This document shows, in pieces, positions 22,276-36,116 of a stretch of 64,000 nucleotides of DNA. Each line of letters begins with the position of its first letter. Within the stretch, counting starts at the first letter, position 1. The DNA comes from Perkinsela sp. CCAP 1560/9. Taxonomy: Eukaryota > Protista > Euglenozoa: Kinetoplastea. The stretch spans positions 310,001 to 374,000 of the forward strand of contig CBFFSA010000002.1 in NCBI GenBank assembly GCA_965644495.1, in the 5' to 3' direction. Position numbers and translations under genes: made by a program. The notes beneath the pieces are model-generated. The model worked only from the letters and a program-made list of their open reading frames with translations. It was not told the origin of the DNA and searched no databases.

Positions 22276-22599
22276 GTGTTATAAAGTAGAGTAGGAGAAA
22301 AAGAAGGATAAGGGCGAAGAATTGAGGTTACGTAATGAACGGTTTAAGTTTTACATGTATTGAGAACCGTGGTAAGTATCACCCACGCGATACTCCACCA
22401 GTATCCTAGTATGATGTGCGCAATGTCGTTGATTGCATCCGCCGAAACTTCACAAAATGTAGCTCTACTGAGCCAAGGTACATGTCAATACATGCCTAGG
22501 ATGGTGCATAAGAAAGGGAAGCACCATGCTAGAAGGATCTCACAAGGGTACCGATTGTGTGACGTGACGCGGGACGTATTATAACGCACTCATTGCACC

Positions 22600-22998
22600 T
22601 TACACCTGTTGGCTGCTCGCCTTGCGGGATGCCTTCTTCTTCTTGAGCATGTCGTGAAGGTTGGGAAGTACGCCGCCCTGAGTGGAGGTGACGTTGCTTA
22701 GCAGCTGAGAAAGCTCCTCGTCGTGACGGACGGCGAGTGTGACGGCACGAGGGGTAATACGCTTCTTGTGGTGCTGGCCCGCAACCTTACCGGAGAGCTC
22801 GAGAAGCTCGGCAGTGAGGTACTCCAACACAGCGGCGAGGTACACCGGGGCGGCGGAGGCCACACGCTTGGTGTAGCGTCCACGGCGGAGCATGGAGCCG
22901 ATGCGGCCCACGGGAAAGATCAGACCCGTCTTCGCGCCACGGCTCTTCTGGCTGCTCTTGGTGCTCTTCGCCTTCTTGCTGCTCTTCGGGGTAGCCAT
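22600..22998 (-). CDS. H2A: Histone H2A (copy 5; F>S in VTSTQGG)
   Basis: Array copy; substitution at 22685. Confidence 0.96.
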   Translation of the reverse strand: MATPKSSKKAKSTKSSQKSRGAKTGLIFPVGRIGSMLRRGRYTKRVASAAPVYLAAVLEYLTAELLELSGKVAGQHHKKRITPRAVTLAVRHDEELSQLLSNVTSTQGGVLPNLHDMLKKKKASRKASSQQV

Positions 22999-23318
22999 AG
23001 TGATAGGAATAAGAGAGAAAAGTAATAAGAGTTCTTTCAAAAAATAGTAGTTGTTACGAATGAGTGAATGGACAAATAAGACGTGATGTATTGCTTATGA
23101 GCGCATTATAGTTTTCTTACGAAGAGTTGATTCATAGGTCAATTGTTTTCTCCAAACGGCGGAATGTTTCAAGCGCTAGTATGATACCAGAGAAGCAACT
23201 CAAGACTCATACGAAAGAAATTGCGCACAGAAATGATTCACGGGGACAGAGAGAGAACCCGACGATTACCCTTGTGGAGATTCAGACCCGTTGCATCAAC
23301 ATGTGTTCAGTGTCATCC

Positions 23319-23627
23319 TTATGCGTATCCGTACAACATGCGTCCACGCTTGCGGAGAGCGTACACGACGTCGAGAGCAGTGACCGTCTGGCGCTTGCTG
23401 TGCTCAGTGTACGTCACGCTGTCACGGACAACGCCCTCCACGAAAGACTTGAGGATCCCACGGACCTCTTCGTACATGATTCCGCTGATGCGCTTGACAC
23501 CACCACGGCGCGCAAGGCGGCGAATTGCGGGCTTTGTGATTCCGCGGATGTTGTCCTTCAATGCCTTCTTTTGGCGTTTCGTGCCGTGTGCGCCCTTAGC
23601 ATCACCAGATTTCTTGCCTTTCGCCAT
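23319..23627 (-). CDS. H4: Histone H4 (copy 5)
   Basis: Array copy. Confidence 0.97.
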   Translation of the reverse strand: MAKGKKSGDAKGAHGTKRQKKALKDNIRGITKPAIRRLARRGGVKRISGIMYEEVRGILKSFVEGVVRDSVTYTEHSKRQTVTALDVVYALRKRGRMLYGYA

Positions 23628-23961
23628 TTGAAATGAATAGGAAGTAAGATGAAAAAATCTAAAGTACGATAAAAAGAAACTACGTACGAGCGCCAAGATC
23701 CGTCATAATACACAACCATTTCGTTTGTGGAGCGTCGCACACAGTGTGCGTGTGTTTTGCCCCACGACGCCGCTGTGGTCTATGTTGAGGGAATGGGAGG
23801 TGAAGCATTCATCCTATACCCGATACTACAAATAACATTAATGTCATAGAAAGCATATTAAGGCTTTGTGCAAAAATGAAGGAAATGCACAAAGAACCTC
23901 AGATCGTTGCTGTCGTAGTGGGTATGCGAGGCTTCCCGAACTCAATGGATTTCACAAACGC

Positions 23962-24390
23962 TTAGAAGCGTTCGCCGCGGAGACGGCGGGCGAGCTGGAC
24001 GTCCTTCGGCATGATGGTTACCCGGCGACCGTGGATAGCGCACAGACAGGTGTCCGCGAACAAGTTGACCATGTGGGCCTCCGTTGCCTCCTGCATGGCG
24101 AGGACGGCGCTGGCTTGGAAACGCAGACCATCTTTGCCGCTGAGAGCAATCTCACGGACCAGACGCTGGAAGGGAAGCTTGCGGAGGAGAAGTTCAGTGC
24201 CCTTCTGGTACTTTTTGATGTCACGGAGGGCGACGGTCCCCGGGCGAAAGCGGTGGGGTTTCTTGGTGCCACTGGAGCCGCTGGACGCTTTCTTCGCCTT
24301 GGAAGAGCTTGTCTTCTTGCCTTTGGAGACGAGACCAGCGCGTGGTACCTTCCCCGTAGATTTACGAGACGATTCCTTGGTGCGAGCCAT
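23962..24390 (-). CDS. H3: Histone H3 (copy 6)
   Basis: Array copy. Confidence 0.97.
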   Translation of the reverse strand: MARTKESSRKSTGKVPRAGLVSKGKKTSSSKAKKASSGSSGTKKPHRFRPGTVALRDIKKYQKGTELLLRKLPFQRLVREIALSGKDGLRFQASAVLAMQEATEAHMVNLFADTCLCAIHGRRVTIMPKDVQLARRLRGERF

Positions 24391-24721
24391 GAGTGAAAAT
24401 GAGGATAGATAGTAAAAATGTCTGGTTTTCAATAGAACAGGTTTCTTCGGTTTGTCACAATAAATTTTGAAAAGAGGGGTGAGCAATATCAAGAATGTAC
24501 CTCACATAAGATGGAGCCGGTGCATGCATGCATTCTCATAGTGTCATGAATACAGTGTAAATCGTACTTGTCCGTCACAGAATGAAACTCACTGCTAAGT
24601 ATACCTTAATAGTGAACACGACGGCTTTGTACGTTTGAATAACATTTTTTACAACAAAGTTCGAACAAATGACGATCGGATGCTGCACCTCTGCATGCTA
24701 CCTGGTCGAACCACACAGCAT

Positions 24722-25048
24722 TTAGTGGGAGGCCAACTTGGCGACAGCCTTCGTTCCCTCAGCCATTGCGTGCTTTGCGAGCTCCGCGGGAAGAGTCAGG
24801 CGCACTGCGGTTTGTACTTCGCGGGAAGTCAACGTTTTGGTCTTGTTGAAGCGCGTGAGGGAGGCTGCCTCGACGGCAAGGCGCTCAAAGATGTCTTGCA
24901 CGAAAGAGTTCACAACTTTGATCCCTTTGCTGCTGAATCCCACGTTTTTGTGGATCTGCTTCAGGGTGCGGTAGATGTAGGTGTTGAAGGTCTTCTTGGA
25001 CTTGCGGTGACCAGAGCTCTTCTTTGCGACTTTAGCTGCTTTCGCCAT
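24722..25048 (-). CDS. H2B: Histone H2B (copy 6)
   Basis: Array copy. Confidence 0.97.
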   Translation of the reverse strand: MAKAAKVAKKSSGHRKSKKTFNTYIYRTLKQIHKNVGFSSKGIKVVNSFVQDIFERLAVEAASLTRFNKTKTLTSREVQTAVRLTLPAELAKHAMAEGTKAVAKLASH

Positions 25049-25372
25049 GTGTTATAAAGTAGAGTAGGAGAAAAAGAAGGATAAGGGCGAAGAATTGAGG
25101 TTACGTAATGAACGGTTTAAGTTTTACATGTATTGAGAACCGTGGTAAGTATCACCCACGCGATACTCCACCAGTATCCTAGTATGATGTGCGCAATGTC
25201 GTTGATTGCATCCGCCGAAACTTCACAAAATGTAGCTCTACTGAGCCAAGGTACATGTCAATACATGCCTAGGATGGTGCATAAGAAAGGGAAGCACCAT
25301 GCTAGAAGGATCTCACAAGGGTACCGATTGTGTGACGTGACGCGGGACGTATTATAACGCACTCATTGCACC

Positions 25373-25771
25373 TTACACCTGTTGGCTGCTCGCCTTGCGG
25401 GATGCCTTCTTCTTCTTGAGCATGTCGTGAAGGTTGGGAAGTACGCCGCCCTGAGTGAAGGTGACGTTGCTTAGCAGCTGAGAAAGCTCCTCGTCGTGAC
25501 GGACGGCGAGTGTGACGGCACGAGGGGTAATACGCTTCTTGTGGTGCTGGCCCGCAACCTTACCGGAGAGCTCGAGAAGCTCGGCAGTGAGGTACTCCAA
25601 CACAGCGGCGAGGTACACCGGGGCGGCGGAGGCCACACGCTTGGTGTAGCGTCCACGGCGGAGCATGGAGCCGATGCGGCCCACGGGAAAGATCAGACCC
25701 GTCTTCGCGCCACGGCTCTTCTGGCTGCTCTTGGTGCTCTTCGCCTTCTTGCTGCTCTTCGGGGTAGCCAT
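25373..25771 (-). CDS. H2A: Histone H2A (copy 6)
   Basis: Array copy. Confidence 0.97.
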   Translation of the reverse strand: MATPKSSKKAKSTKSSQKSRGAKTGLIFPVGRIGSMLRRGRYTKRVASAAPVYLAAVLEYLTAELLELSGKVAGQHHKKRITPRAVTLAVRHDEELSQLLSNVTFTQGGVLPNLHDMLKKKKASRKASSQQV

Positions 25772-26091
25772 AGTGATAGGAATAAGAGAGAAAAGTAATA
25801 AGAGTTCTTTCAAAAAATAGTAGTTGTTACGAATGAGTGAATGGACAAATAAGACGTGATGTATTGCTTATGAGCGCATTATAGTTTTCTTACGAAGAGT
25901 TGATTCATAGGTCAATTGTTTTCTCCAAACGGCGGAATGTTTCAAGCGCTAGTATGATACCAGAGAAGCAACTCAAGACTCATACGAAAGAAAATGCGCA
26001 CAGAAATGATTCACGGGGACAGAGAGAGAACCCGACGATTACCCTTGTGGAGATTCAGACCCGTTGCATCAACATGTGTTCAGTGTCATCC

Positions 26092-26400
26092 TTATGCGTA
26101 TCCGTACAACATGCGTCCACGCTTGCGGAGAGCGTACACGACGTCGAGAGCAGTGACCGTCTGGCGCTTGCTGTGCTCAGTGTACGTCACGCTGTCACGG
26201 ACAACGCCCTCCACGAAAGACTTGAGGATCCCACGGACCTCTTCGTACATGATTCCGCTGATGCGCTTGACACCACCACGGCGCGCAAGGCGGCGAATTG
26301 CGGGCTTTGTGATTCCGCGGATGTTGTCCTTCAATGCCTTCTTTTGGCGTTTCGTGCCGTGTGCGCCCTTAGCATCACCAGATTTCTTGCCTTTCGCCAT
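26092..26400 (-). CDS. H4: Histone H4 (copy 6)
   Basis: Array copy. Confidence 0.97.
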   Translation of the reverse strand: MAKGKKSGDAKGAHGTKRQKKALKDNIRGITKPAIRRLARRGGVKRISGIMYEEVRGILKSFVEGVVRDSVTYTEHSKRQTVTALDVVYALRKRGRMLYGYA

Positions 26401-26734
26401 TTGAAATGAATAGGAAGTAAGATGAAAAAATCTAAAGTACGATAAAAAGAAACTACGTACGAGCGCCAAGATCCGTCATAATACACAACCATTTCGTTTG
26501 TGGAGCGTCGCACACAGTGTGCGTGTGTTTTGCCCCACGACGCCGCTGTGGTCTATGTTGAGGGAATGGGAGGTGAAGCATTCATCCTATACCCGATACT
26601 ACAAATAACATTAATGTCATAGAAAGCATATTAAGGCTTTGTGCAAAAATGAAGGAAATGCACAAAGAACCTCAGATCGTTGCTGTCGTAGTGGGTATGC
26701 GAGGCTTCCCGAACTCAATGGATTTCACAAACGC

Positions 26735-27163
26735 TTAGAAGCGTTCGCCGCGGAGACGGCGGGCGAGCTGGACGTCCTTCGGCATGATGGTTACCCGGCG
26801 ACCGTGGATAGCGCACAGACAGGTGTCCGCGAACAAGTTGACCATGTGGGCCTCCGTTGCCTCCTGCATGGCGAGGACGGCGCTGGCTTGGAAACGCAGA
26901 CCATCTTTGCCGCTGAGAGCAATCTCACGGACCAGACGCTGGAAGGGAAGCTTGCGGAGGAGAAGTTCAGTGCCCTTCTGGTACTTTTTGATGTCACGGA
27001 GGGCGACGGTCCCCGGGCGAAAGCGGTGGGGCTTCTTGGTGCCACTGGAGCCGCTGGACGCTTTCTTCGCCTTGGAAGAGCTTGTCTTCTTGCCTTTGGA
27101 GACGAGACCAGCGCGTGGTACCTTCCCCGTAGATTTACGAGACGATTCCTTGGTGCGAGCCAT
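26735..27163 (-). CDS. H3: Histone H3 (copy 7)
   Basis: Array copy. Confidence 0.97.
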   Translation of the reverse strand: MARTKESSRKSTGKVPRAGLVSKGKKTSSSKAKKASSGSSGTKKPHRFRPGTVALRDIKKYQKGTELLLRKLPFQRLVREIALSGKDGLRFQASAVLAMQEATEAHMVNLFADTCLCAIHGRRVTIMPKDVQLARRLRGERF

Positions 27164-27488
27164 GAGTGAAAATGAGGATAGATAGTAAAAATGTCTGGTT
27201 TTCAATAGAACACGTTTTTTCGGTTTGTCACAATAAATTTTGAAAAGAGGGGCGAGAAATATCAAGAATGTACCTCACATAAGATGGAGCCGGTGCATGC
27301 ATGCATTCTCATAGTGTCATGAATACAGTGTAAATCGTACTTGTCCGTCACAGAATGAAACTCACTGCTAAGTATACCTTAATAGTGAACACGACGGCTT
27401 TGTACGTTTGAATAACATTTTTTACAACAAAGTTCATGACGATCGGATGCTGCACCTCTGCATGCTACCTGGTCGAACCACACAGCAT

Positions 27489-27815
27489 TTAGTGGGAGGC
27501 CAACTTGGCGACAGCCTTCGTGCCCTCAGCCATTGCGTGCTTTGCGAGCTCCGCGGGAAGAGTCAGGCGCACTGCGGTTTGTACTTCGCGGGAAGTCAAC
27601 GTTTTGGTCTTGTTGAAGCGCGTGAGGGAGGCTGCCTCGACGGCAAGGCGCTCAAAGATGTCTTGCACGAAAGAGTTCACAACTTTGATCCCTTTGCTGC
27701 TGAATCCCACGTTTTTGTGGATCTGCTTCAGGGTGCGGTAGATGTAGGTGTTGAAGGTCTTCTTGGACTTGCGGTGACCAGAGCTCTTCTTTGCGACTTT
27801 AGCTGCTTTCGCCAT
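27489..27815 (-). CDS. H2B: Histone H2B (copy 7)
   Basis: Array copy. Confidence 0.97.
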   Translation of the reverse strand: MAKAAKVAKKSSGHRKSKKTFNTYIYRTLKQIHKNVGFSSKGIKVVNSFVQDIFERLAVEAASLTRFNKTKTLTSREVQTAVRLTLPAELAKHAMAEGTKAVAKLASH

Positions 27816-28142
27816 GTGTTATAAAGTAGAGTAGGAGAAAAAGAAGGATAAGGGCGAAGAATTGAGATTACGTAATGAACGGTTTAAGTTTTACGTGTAT
27901 TGAGAACCGTGGTAAGTATCACCCACGCGATACTCCACCAGTATCCTAGTATGATGTGCGCAATGTCGTTGATTGCATCCGCCGAAACTTCACAAAATGT
28001 AGCTCTACTGAGCCAAGGTACATGTCAATACATGCCTAGGATGGTGCATAAGAAAGGGAAGCACCATGCTAGAAGGATCTCACAAGGGTACCGATTGTGT
28101 GACGTGACGCGGGACAACGTATTATAACGCACTCATTGCACC

Positions 28143-28541
28143 TTACACCTGTTGGCTGCTCGCCTTGCGGGATGCCTTCTTCTTCTTGAGCATGTCGTGA
28201 AGGTTGGGAAGTACGCCGCCCTGAGTGAAGGTGACGTTGCTTAGCAGCTGAGAAAGCTCCTCGTCGTGACGGACGGCGAGTGTGACGGCACGAGGGGTAA
28301 TACGCTTCTTGTGGTGCTGGCCCGCAACCTTACCGGAGAGCTCGAGAAGCTCGGCAGTGAGGTACTCCAACACAGCGGCGAGGTACACCGGGGCGGCGGA
28401 GGCCACACGCTTGGTGTAGCGTCCACGGCGGAGCATGGAGCCGATGCGGCCCACGGGAAAGATCAGACCCGTCTTCGCGCCACGGCTCTTCTGGCTGCTC
28501 TTGATGCTCTTCGCCTTCTTGCTGCTCTTCGGGGTAGCCAT
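28143..28541 (-). CDS. H2A: Histone H2A (copy 7; KSIKSS allele)
   Basis: Array copy. Confidence 0.97.
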   Translation of the reverse strand: MATPKSSKKAKSIKSSQKSRGAKTGLIFPVGRIGSMLRRGRYTKRVASAAPVYLAAVLEYLTAELLELSGKVAGQHHKKRITPRAVTLAVRHDEELSQLLSNVTFTQGGVLPNLHDMLKKKKASRKASSQQV

Positions 28542-28861
28542 AGTGATAGGAATAAGAGAGAAAAGTAATAAGAGTTCTTTCAAAAAATAGTAGTTGTTAC
28601 GAATGAGTGAATGGACAAATAAGACGTGATGTATTGCTTATGAGCGCATTATAGTTTTCTTACGAAGAGTTGATTCATAGGTCAATTGTTTTCTCCAAAC
28701 GGCGGAATGTTTCAAGCGCTAGTATGATACCAGAGAAGCAACTCAAGACTCATACGAAAGAAAATGCGCACAGAAATGATTCACGGGGACAGAGAGAGAA
28801 CCCGACGATTACCCTTGTGGAGATTCAGACCCGTTGCATCAACATGTGTTCAGTGTCATCC

Positions 28862-29170
28862 TTATGCGTATCCGTACAACATGCGTCCACGCTTGCGGAG
28901 AGCGTACACGACGTCGAGAGCAGTGACCGTCTGGCGCTTGCTGTGCTCAGTGTACGTCACGCTGTCACGGACAACGCCCTCCACGAAAGACTTGAGGATC
29001 CCACGGACCTCTTCGTACATGATTCCGCTGATGCGCTTGACACCACCACGGCGCGCAAGGCGGCGAATTGCGGGCTTTGTGATTCCGCGGATGTTGTCCT
29101 TCAATGCCTTCTTTTGGCGTTTCGTGCCGTGTGCGCCCTTAGCATCACCAGATTTCTTGCCTTTCGCCAT
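28862..29170 (-). CDS. H4: Histone H4 (copy 7)
   Basis: Array copy. Confidence 0.97.
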   Translation of the reverse strand: MAKGKKSGDAKGAHGTKRQKKALKDNIRGITKPAIRRLARRGGVKRISGIMYEEVRGILKSFVEGVVRDSVTYTEHSKRQTVTALDVVYALRKRGRMLYGYA

Positions 29171-29504
29171 TTGAAATGAATAGGAAGTAAGATGAAAAAA
29201 TCTAAAGTACGATAAAAAGAAACTACGTACGAGCGCCAAGATCCGTCATAATACACAACCATTTCGTTTGTGGAGCGTCGCACACAGTGTGCGTGTGTTT
29301 TGCCCCACGACGCCGCTGTGGTCTATGTTGAGGGAATGGGAGGTGAAGCATTCATCCTATACCCGATACTACAAATAACATTAATGTCATAGAAAGCATA
29401 TTAAGGCTTTGTGCAAAAATGAAGGAAATGCACAAAGAACCTCAGATCGTTGCTGTCGTAGTGGGTATGCGAGGCTTCCCGAACTCAATGGATTTCACAA
29501 ACGC

Positions 29505-29933
29505 TTAGAAGCGTTCGCCGCGGAGACGGCGGGCGAGCTGGACGTCCTTCGGCATGATGGTTACCCGGCGACCGTGGATAGCGCACAGACAGGTGTCCGC
29601 GAACAAGTTGACCATGTGGGCCTCCGTTGCCTCCTGCATGGCGAGGACGGCGCTGGCTTGGAAACGCAGACCATCTTTGCCGCTGAGAGCAATCTCACGG
29701 ACCAGACGCTGGAAGGGAAGCTTGCGGAGGAGAAGTTCAGTGCCCTTCTGGTACTTTTTGATGTCACGGAGGGCGACGGTCCCCGGGCGAAAGCGGTGGG
29801 GCTTCTTGGTGCCACTGGAGCCGCTGGACGCTTTCTTCGCCTTGGAAGAGCTTGTCTTCTTGCCTTTGGAGACGAGACCAGCGCGTGGTACCTTCCCCGT
29901 AGATTTACGAGACGATTCCTTGGTGCGAGCCAT
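29505..29933 (-). CDS. H3: Histone H3 (copy 8)
   Basis: Array copy. Confidence 0.97.
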   Translation of the reverse strand: MARTKESSRKSTGKVPRAGLVSKGKKTSSSKAKKASSGSSGTKKPHRFRPGTVALRDIKKYQKGTELLLRKLPFQRLVREIALSGKDGLRFQASAVLAMQEATEAHMVNLFADTCLCAIHGRRVTIMPKDVQLARRLRGERF

Positions 29934-30258
29934 GAGTGAAAATGAGGATAGATAGTAAAAATGTCTGGTTTTCAATAGAACACGTTTTTTCGGTTTGTCA
30001 CAATAAATTTTGAAAAGAGGGGCGAGAAATATCAAGAATGTACCTCACATAAGATGGAGCCGGTGCATGCATGCATTCTCATAGTGTCATGAATACAGTG
30101 TAAATCGTACTTGTCCGTCACAGAATGAAACTCACTGCTAAGTATACCTTAATAGTGAACACGACGGCTTTGTACGTTTGAATAACATTTTTTACAACAA
30201 AGTTCATGACGATCGGATGCTGCACCTCTGCATGCTACCTGGTCGAACCACACAGCAT

Positions 30259-30585
30259 TTAGTGGGAGGCCAACTTGGCGACAGCCTTCGTGCCCTCAGC
30301 CATTGCGTGCTTTGCGAGCTCCGCGGGAAGAGTCAGGCGCACTGCGGTTTGTACTTCGCGGGAAGTCAACGTTTTGGTCTTGTTGAAGCGCGTGAGGGAG
30401 GCTGCCTCGACGGCAAGGCGCTCAAAGATGTCTTGCACGAAAGAGTTCACAACTTTGATCCCCTTGCTGCTGAATCCCACGTTTTTGTGGATCTGCTTCA
30501 GGGTGCGGTAGATGTAGGTGTTGAAGGTCTTCTTGGACTTGCGGTGACCAGAGCTCTTCTTTGCGACTTTAGCTGCTTTCGCCAT
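30259..30585 (-). CDS. H2B: Histone H2B (copy 8)
   Basis: Array copy. Confidence 0.97.
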   Translation of the reverse strand: MAKAAKVAKKSSGHRKSKKTFNTYIYRTLKQIHKNVGFSSKGIKVVNSFVQDIFERLAVEAASLTRFNKTKTLTSREVQTAVRLTLPAELAKHAMAEGTKAVAKLASH

Positions 30586-30912
30586 GTGTTATAAAGTAGA
30601 GTAGGAGAAAAAGAAGGATAAGGGCGAAGAATTGAGATTACGTAATGAACGGTTTAAGTTTTACGTGTATTGAGAACCGTGGTAAGTATCACCCACGCGA
30701 TACTCCACCAGTATCCTAGTATGATGTGCGCAATGTCGTTGATTGCATCCGCCGAAACTTCACAAAATGTAGCTCTACTGAGCCAAGGTACATGTCAATA
30801 CATGCCTAGGATGGTGCATAAGAAAGGGAAGCACCATGCTAGAAGGATCTCACAAGGGTACCGATTGTGTGACGTGACGCGGGACAACGTATTATAACGC
30901 ACTCATTGCACC

Positions 30913-31311
30913 TTACACCTGTTGGCTGCTCGCCTTGCGGGATGCCTTCTTCTTCTTGAGCATGTCGTGAAGGTTGGGAAGTACGCCGCCCTGAGTGAAG
31001 GTGACGTTGCTTAGCAGCTGAGAAAGCTCCTCGTCGTGACGGACGGCGAGTGTGACGGCACGAGGGGTAATACGCTTCTTGTGGTGCTGGCCCGCAACCT
31101 TACCGGAGAGCTCGAGAAGCTCGGCAGTGAGGTACTCCAACACAGCGGCGAGGTACACCGGGGCGGCGGAGGCCACACGCTTGGTGTAGCGTCCACGGCG
31201 GAGCATGGAGCCGATGCGGCCCACGGGAAAGATCAGACCCGTCTTCGCGCCACGGCTCTTCTGGCTGCTCTTGATGCTCTTCGCCTTCTTGCTGCTCTTC
31301 GGGGTAGCCAT
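30913..31311 (-). CDS. H2A: Histone H2A (copy 8; KSIKSS allele)
   Basis: Array copy. Confidence 0.97.
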   Translation of the reverse strand: MATPKSSKKAKSIKSSQKSRGAKTGLIFPVGRIGSMLRRGRYTKRVASAAPVYLAAVLEYLTAELLELSGKVAGQHHKKRITPRAVTLAVRHDEELSQLLSNVTFTQGGVLPNLHDMLKKKKASRKASSQQV

Positions 31312-31630
31312 AGTGATAGGAATAAGAGAGAAAAGTAATAAGAGTTCTTTCAAAAAATAGTAGTTGTTACGAATGAGTGAATGGACAAATAAGACGTGAT
31401 GTATTGCTTATGAGCGCATTATAGTTTTCTTACGAAGAGTTGATTCATAGGTCAATTGTTTTCTCCAAACGGCGGAATGTTTCAAGCGCTAGTATGATAC
31501 CAGAGAAGCAACTCAAGACTCATACGAAAGAAAATGCGCACAGAAATGATTCACGGGGACAGAGAGAGAACCCGACGATTACCCTTGTGGAGATCAGACC
31601 CGTTGCATCAACATGTGTTCAGTGTCATCC

Positions 31631-31939
31631 TTATGCGTATCCGTACAACATGCGTCCACGCTTGCGGAGAGCGTACACGACGTCGAGAGCAGTGACCGTC
31701 TGGCGCTTGCTGTGCTCAGTGTACGTCACGCTGTCACGGACAACGCCCTCCACGAAAGACTTGAGGATCCCACGGACCTCTTCGTACATGATTCCGCTGA
31801 TGCGCTTGACACCACCACGGCGCGCAAGGCGGCGAATTGCGGGCTTTGTGATTCCGCGGATGTTGTCCTTCAATGCCTTCTTTTGGCGTTTCGTGCCGTG
31901 TGCGCCCTTAGCATCACCAGATTTCTTGCCTTTCGCCAT
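31631..31939 (-). CDS. H4: Histone H4 (copy 8)
   Basis: Array copy. Confidence 0.97.
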   Translation of the reverse strand: MAKGKKSGDAKGAHGTKRQKKALKDNIRGITKPAIRRLARRGGVKRISGIMYEEVRGILKSFVEGVVRDSVTYTEHSKRQTVTALDVVYALRKRGRMLYGYA

Positions 31940-32268
31940 TTGAAATGAATAGGAAGTAAGATGAAAAAATCTAAAGTACGATAAAAGAAACTACGTACGA
32001 GCGCCAAGATCCGTCATAATACACAACCATTTCGTTTGTGGAGCGTCGCACACAGTGTGCGTGTGTTTTGCCCCACGACGCCGCTGTGGTCTATGTTGAG
32101 GAATGGGAGGTGAAGCATTCATCCTATACCCGATACTACAAATAACATTAATGTCATAGAAAGCATATTAGGCTTTGTGCAAAAATGAAGGAAATGCACA
32201 AAGAACCTCAGATCGTTGCTGTCGTAGTGGGTATGCGAGCTTCCCGAACTCATGGATTTCACAAACGC

Positions 32269-32697
32269 TTAGAAGCGTTCGCCGCGGAGACGGCGGGCGA
32301 GCTGGACGTCCTTCGGCATGATGGTTACCCGGCGACCGTGGATAGCGCACAGACAGGTGTCCGCGAACAAGTTGACCATGTGGGCCTCCGTTGCCTCCTG
32401 CATGGCGAGGACGGCGCTGGCTTGGAAACGCAGACCATCTTTGCCGCTGAGAGCAATCTCACGGACCAGACGCTGGAAGGGAAGCTTGCGGAGGAGAAGT
32501 TCAGTGCCCTTCTGGTACTTTTTGATGTCACGGAGGGCGACGGTCCCCGGGCGAAAGCGGTGGGGCTTCTTGGTGCCACTGGAGCCGCTGGACGCTTTCT
32601 TCGCCTTGGAAGAGCTTGTCTTCTTGCCTTTGGAGACGAGACCAGCGCGTGGTACCTTCCCCGTAGATTTACGAGACGATTCCTTGGTGCGAGCCAT
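32269..32697 (-). CDS. H3: Histone H3 (copy 9)
   Basis: Array copy. Confidence 0.97.
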   Translation of the reverse strand: MARTKESSRKSTGKVPRAGLVSKGKKTSSSKAKKASSGSSGTKKPHRFRPGTVALRDIKKYQKGTELLLRKLPFQRLVREIALSGKDGLRFQASAVLAMQEATEAHMVNLFADTCLCAIHGRRVTIMPKDVQLARRLRGERF

Positions 32698-33019
32698 GAG
32701 TGAAAATGAGGATAGATAGTAAAAATGTCTGGTTTTCAATAGAACACGTTTTTTCGGTTTGTCACAATAATTTTGAAAAGAGGGGCGAGCAATATCAAGA
32801 ATGTACCTCACATAAGATGGAGCCGGTGCATGCATGCATTCTCATAGTGTCATGAATACAGTGTAAATCGTACTTGTCCGTCACAGAATGAAACTCACTG
32901 CTAAGTATACCTTAATAGTGAACACGACGGCTTTGTACGTTGAATAACATTTTTTACAACAAAGTCATGACGATCGGATGCTGCACCTCTGCATGCTACC
33001 TGGTCGAACCACACAGCAT

Positions 33020-33346
33020 TTAGTGGGAGGCCAACTTGGCGACAGCCTTCGTGCCCTCAGCCATTGCGTGCTTTGCGAGCTCCGCGGGAAGAGTCAGGCG
33101 CACTGCGGTTTGTACTTCGCGGGAAGTCAACGTTTTGGTCTTGTTGAAGCGCGTGAGGGAGGCTGCCTCGACGGCAAGGCGCTCAAAGATGTCTTGCACG
33201 AAAGAGTTCACAACTTTGATCCCTTTGCTGCTGAATCCCACGTTTTTGTGGATCTGCTTCAGGGTGCAGTAGATGTAGGTGTTGAAGGTCTTCTTGGACT
33301 TGCGGTGACCAGAGCTCTTCTTTGCGACTTTAGCTGCTTTCGCCAT
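33020..33346 (-). CDS. H2B: Histone H2B (copy 9; R>C in YIYCTLK)
   Basis: Array copy; substitution at 33268. Confidence 0.96.
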   Translation of the reverse strand: MAKAAKVAKKSSGHRKSKKTFNTYIYCTLKQIHKNVGFSSKGIKVVNSFVQDIFERLAVEAASLTRFNKTKTLTSREVQTAVRLTLPAELAKHAMAEGTKAVAKLASH

Positions 33347-33673
33347 GTGTTATAAAGTAGAGTAGGAGAAAAAGAAGGATAAGGGCGAAGAATTGAGATT
33401 ACGTAATAAACGGTTTAAGTTTTACATGTATTGAGAACCGTGGTAAGTATCACCCACGCGATACTCCACCAGTATCCTAGTATGATGTGCGCAATGTCGT
33501 TGATTGCATCCGCCGAAACTTCACAAAATGTAGCTCTACTGAGCCAAGGTACATGTCAATACATGCCTAGGATGGTGCATAAGAAAGGGAAGCACCATGC
33601 TAGAAGGATCTCACAAGGGTACCGATTGTGTGACGTGACGCGGGACAACGTATTATAACGCACTCATTGCACC

Positions 33674-34072
33674 TTACACCTGTTGGCTGCTCGCCTTGCG
33701 GGATGCCTTCTTCTTCTTGAGCATGTCGTGAAGGTTGGGAAGTACGCCGCCCTGAGTGAAGGTGACGTTGCTTAGCAGCTGAGAAAGCTCCTCGTCGTGA
33801 CGGACGGCGAGTGTGACGGCACGAGGGGTAATACGCTTCTTGTGGTGCTGGCCCGCAACCTTACCGGAGAGCTCGAGAAGCTCGGCAGTGAGGTACTCCA
33901 ACACAGCGGCGAGGTACACCGGGGCGGCGGAGGCCACACGCTTGGTGTAGCGTCCACGGCGGAGCATGGAGCCGATGCGGCCCACGGGAAAGATCAGACC
34001 CGTCTTCGCGCCACGGCTCTTCTGGCTGCTCTTGATGCTCTTCGCCTTCTTGCTGCTCTTCGGGGTAGCCAT
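33674..34072 (-). CDS. H2A: Histone H2A (copy 9; KSIKSS allele)
   Basis: Array copy. Confidence 0.97.
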   Translation of the reverse strand: MATPKSSKKAKSIKSSQKSRGAKTGLIFPVGRIGSMLRRGRYTKRVASAAPVYLAAVLEYLTAELLELSGKVAGQHHKKRITPRAVTLAVRHDEELSQLLSNVTFTQGGVLPNLHDMLKKKKASRKASSQQV

Positions 34073-34392
34073 AGTGATAGGAATAAGAGAGAAAAGTAAT
34101 AAGAGTTCTTTCAAAAAATAGTAGTTGTTACGAATGAGTGAATGGACAAATAAGACGTGATGTATTGCTTATGAGCGCATTATAGTTTTCTTACGAAGAG
34201 TTGATTCATAGGTCAATTGTTTTCTCCAAACGGCGGAATGTTTTAAGCGCTAGTATGATACCAGAGAAGCAACTCAAGACTCATACGAAAGAAATTGCGC
34301 ACAGAAATGATTCACGGGGACAGAGAGAGAACCCGACGATTACCCTTGTGGAGATTCAGACCCGTTGCATCAACATGTGTTCAGTGTCATCC

Positions 34393-34701
34393 TTATGCGT
34401 ATCCGTACAACATGCGTCCACGCTTGCGGAGAGCGTACACGACGTCGAGAGCAGTGACCGTCTGGCGCTTGCTGTGCTCAGTGTACGTCACGCTGTCACG
34501 GACAACGCCCTCCACGAAAGACTTGAGGATCCCACGGACCTCTTCGTACATGATTCCGCTGATGCGCTTGACACCACCACGGCGCGCAAGGCGGCGAATT
34601 GCGGGCTTTGTGATTCCGCGGATGTTGTCCTTCAATGCCTTCTTTTGGCGTTTCGTGCCGTGTGCGCCCTTAGCATCACCAGATTTCTTGCCTTTCGCCA
34701 T
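34393..34701 (-). CDS. H4: Histone H4 (copy 9)
   Basis: Array copy. Confidence 0.97.
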   Translation of the reverse strand: MAKGKKSGDAKGAHGTKRQKKALKDNIRGITKPAIRRLARRGGVKRISGIMYEEVRGILKSFVEGVVRDSVTYTEHSKRQTVTALDVVYALRKRGRMLYGYA

Positions 34702-35035
34702 TTGAAATGAATAGGAAGTAAGATGAAAAAATCTAAAGTACGATAAAAAGAAACTACGTACGAGCGCCAAGATCCGTCATAATACACAACCATTTCGTTT
34801 GTGGAGCGTCGCACACAGTGTGCGTGTGTTTTGCCCCACGACGCCGCTGTGGTCTATGTTGAGGGAATGGGAGGTGAAGCATTCATCTTATACCCGATAC
34901 TACAAATAACATTAATGTCATAGAAAGCATATTAAGGCTTTGTGCAAAAATGAAGGAAATGCACAAAGAACCTCAGATCGTTGCTGTCGTAGTGGGTATG
35001 CGAGGCTTCCCGAACTCAATGGATTTCACAAACGC

Positions 35036-35464
35036 TTAGAAGCGTTCGCCGCGGAGACGGCGGGCGAGCTGGACGTCCTTCGGCATGATGGTTACCCGGC
35101 GACCGTGGATAGCGCACAGACAGGTGTCAGCGAACAAGTTGACCATGTGGGCCTCCGTTGCCTCCTGCATGGCGAGGACGGCGCTGGCTTGGAAACGCAG
35201 ACCATCTTTGCCGCTGAGAGCAATCTCACGGACCAGACGCTGGAAGGGAAGCTTGCGGAGGAGAAGTTCAGTGCCCTTCTGGTACTTTTTGATGTCACGG
35301 AGGGCGACGGTCCCCGGGCGAAAGCGGTGGGGTTTCTTGGTGCCACTGGAGCCGCTGGACGCTTTCTTCGCCTTGGAAGAGCTTGTCTTCTTGCCTTTGG
35401 AGACGAGACCGGCGCGTGGTACCTTCCCCGTAGATTTACGAGACGATTCCTTGGTGCGAGCCAT
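35036..35464 (-). CDS. H3: Histone H3 (copy 10)
   Basis: Array copy. Confidence 0.97.
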   Translation of the reverse strand: MARTKESSRKSTGKVPRAGLVSKGKKTSSSKAKKASSGSSGTKKPHRFRPGTVALRDIKKYQKGTELLLRKLPFQRLVREIALSGKDGLRFQASAVLAMQEATEAHMVNLFADTCLCAIHGRRVTIMPKDVQLARRLRGERF

Positions 35465-35789
35465 GAGTGAAAATGAGGATAGATAGTAAAAATGTCTGGT
35501 TTTCAATAGAACACGTTTTTTCGGTTTGTCACAATAAATTTTGAAAAGAGGGGCGAGAAATATCAAGAATGTACCTCACATAAGATGGAGCCGGTGCATG
35601 CATACATTCTCATAATGTCATGAATATAGTGTAAATCGTACTTGTCCGTCACAGAATGAAACTCACTGCTAAGTATACCTTAATAGTGAACACGACGGCT
35701 TTGTACGTTTGAATAACATTTTTTACAACAAAGTTCATGACGATCGGATGCTGCACCTCTGCATGCTACCTGGTCGAACCACACAGCAT

Positions 35790-36116
35790 TTAGTGGGAGG
35801 CCAACTTGGCGACAGCCTTCGTTCCCTCAGCCATTGCGTGCTTTGCGAGCTCCGCGGGAAGAGTCAGGCGCACTGCGGTTTGTACTTCGCGGGAAGTCAA
35901 CGTTTTGGTCTTGTTGAAGCGCGTGAGGGAGGCTGCCTCGACGGCAAGGCGCTCAAAGATGTCTTGCACGAAAGAGTTCACAACTTTGATCCCTTTGCTG
36001 CTGAATCCCACGTTTTTGTGGATCTGCTTCAGGGTGCGGTAGATGTAGGTGTTGAAGGTCTTCTTGGACTTGCGGTGACCAGAGCTCTTCTTTGCGACTT
36101 TAGCTGCTTTCGCCAT
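35790..36116 (-). CDS. H2B: Histone H2B (copy 10)
   Basis: Array copy. Confidence 0.97.
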   Translation of the reverse strand: MAKAAKVAKKSSGHRKSKKTFNTYIYRTLKQIHKNVGFSSKGIKVVNSFVQDIFERLAVEAASLTRFNKTKTLTSREVQTAVRLTLPAELAKHAMAEGTKAVAKLASH

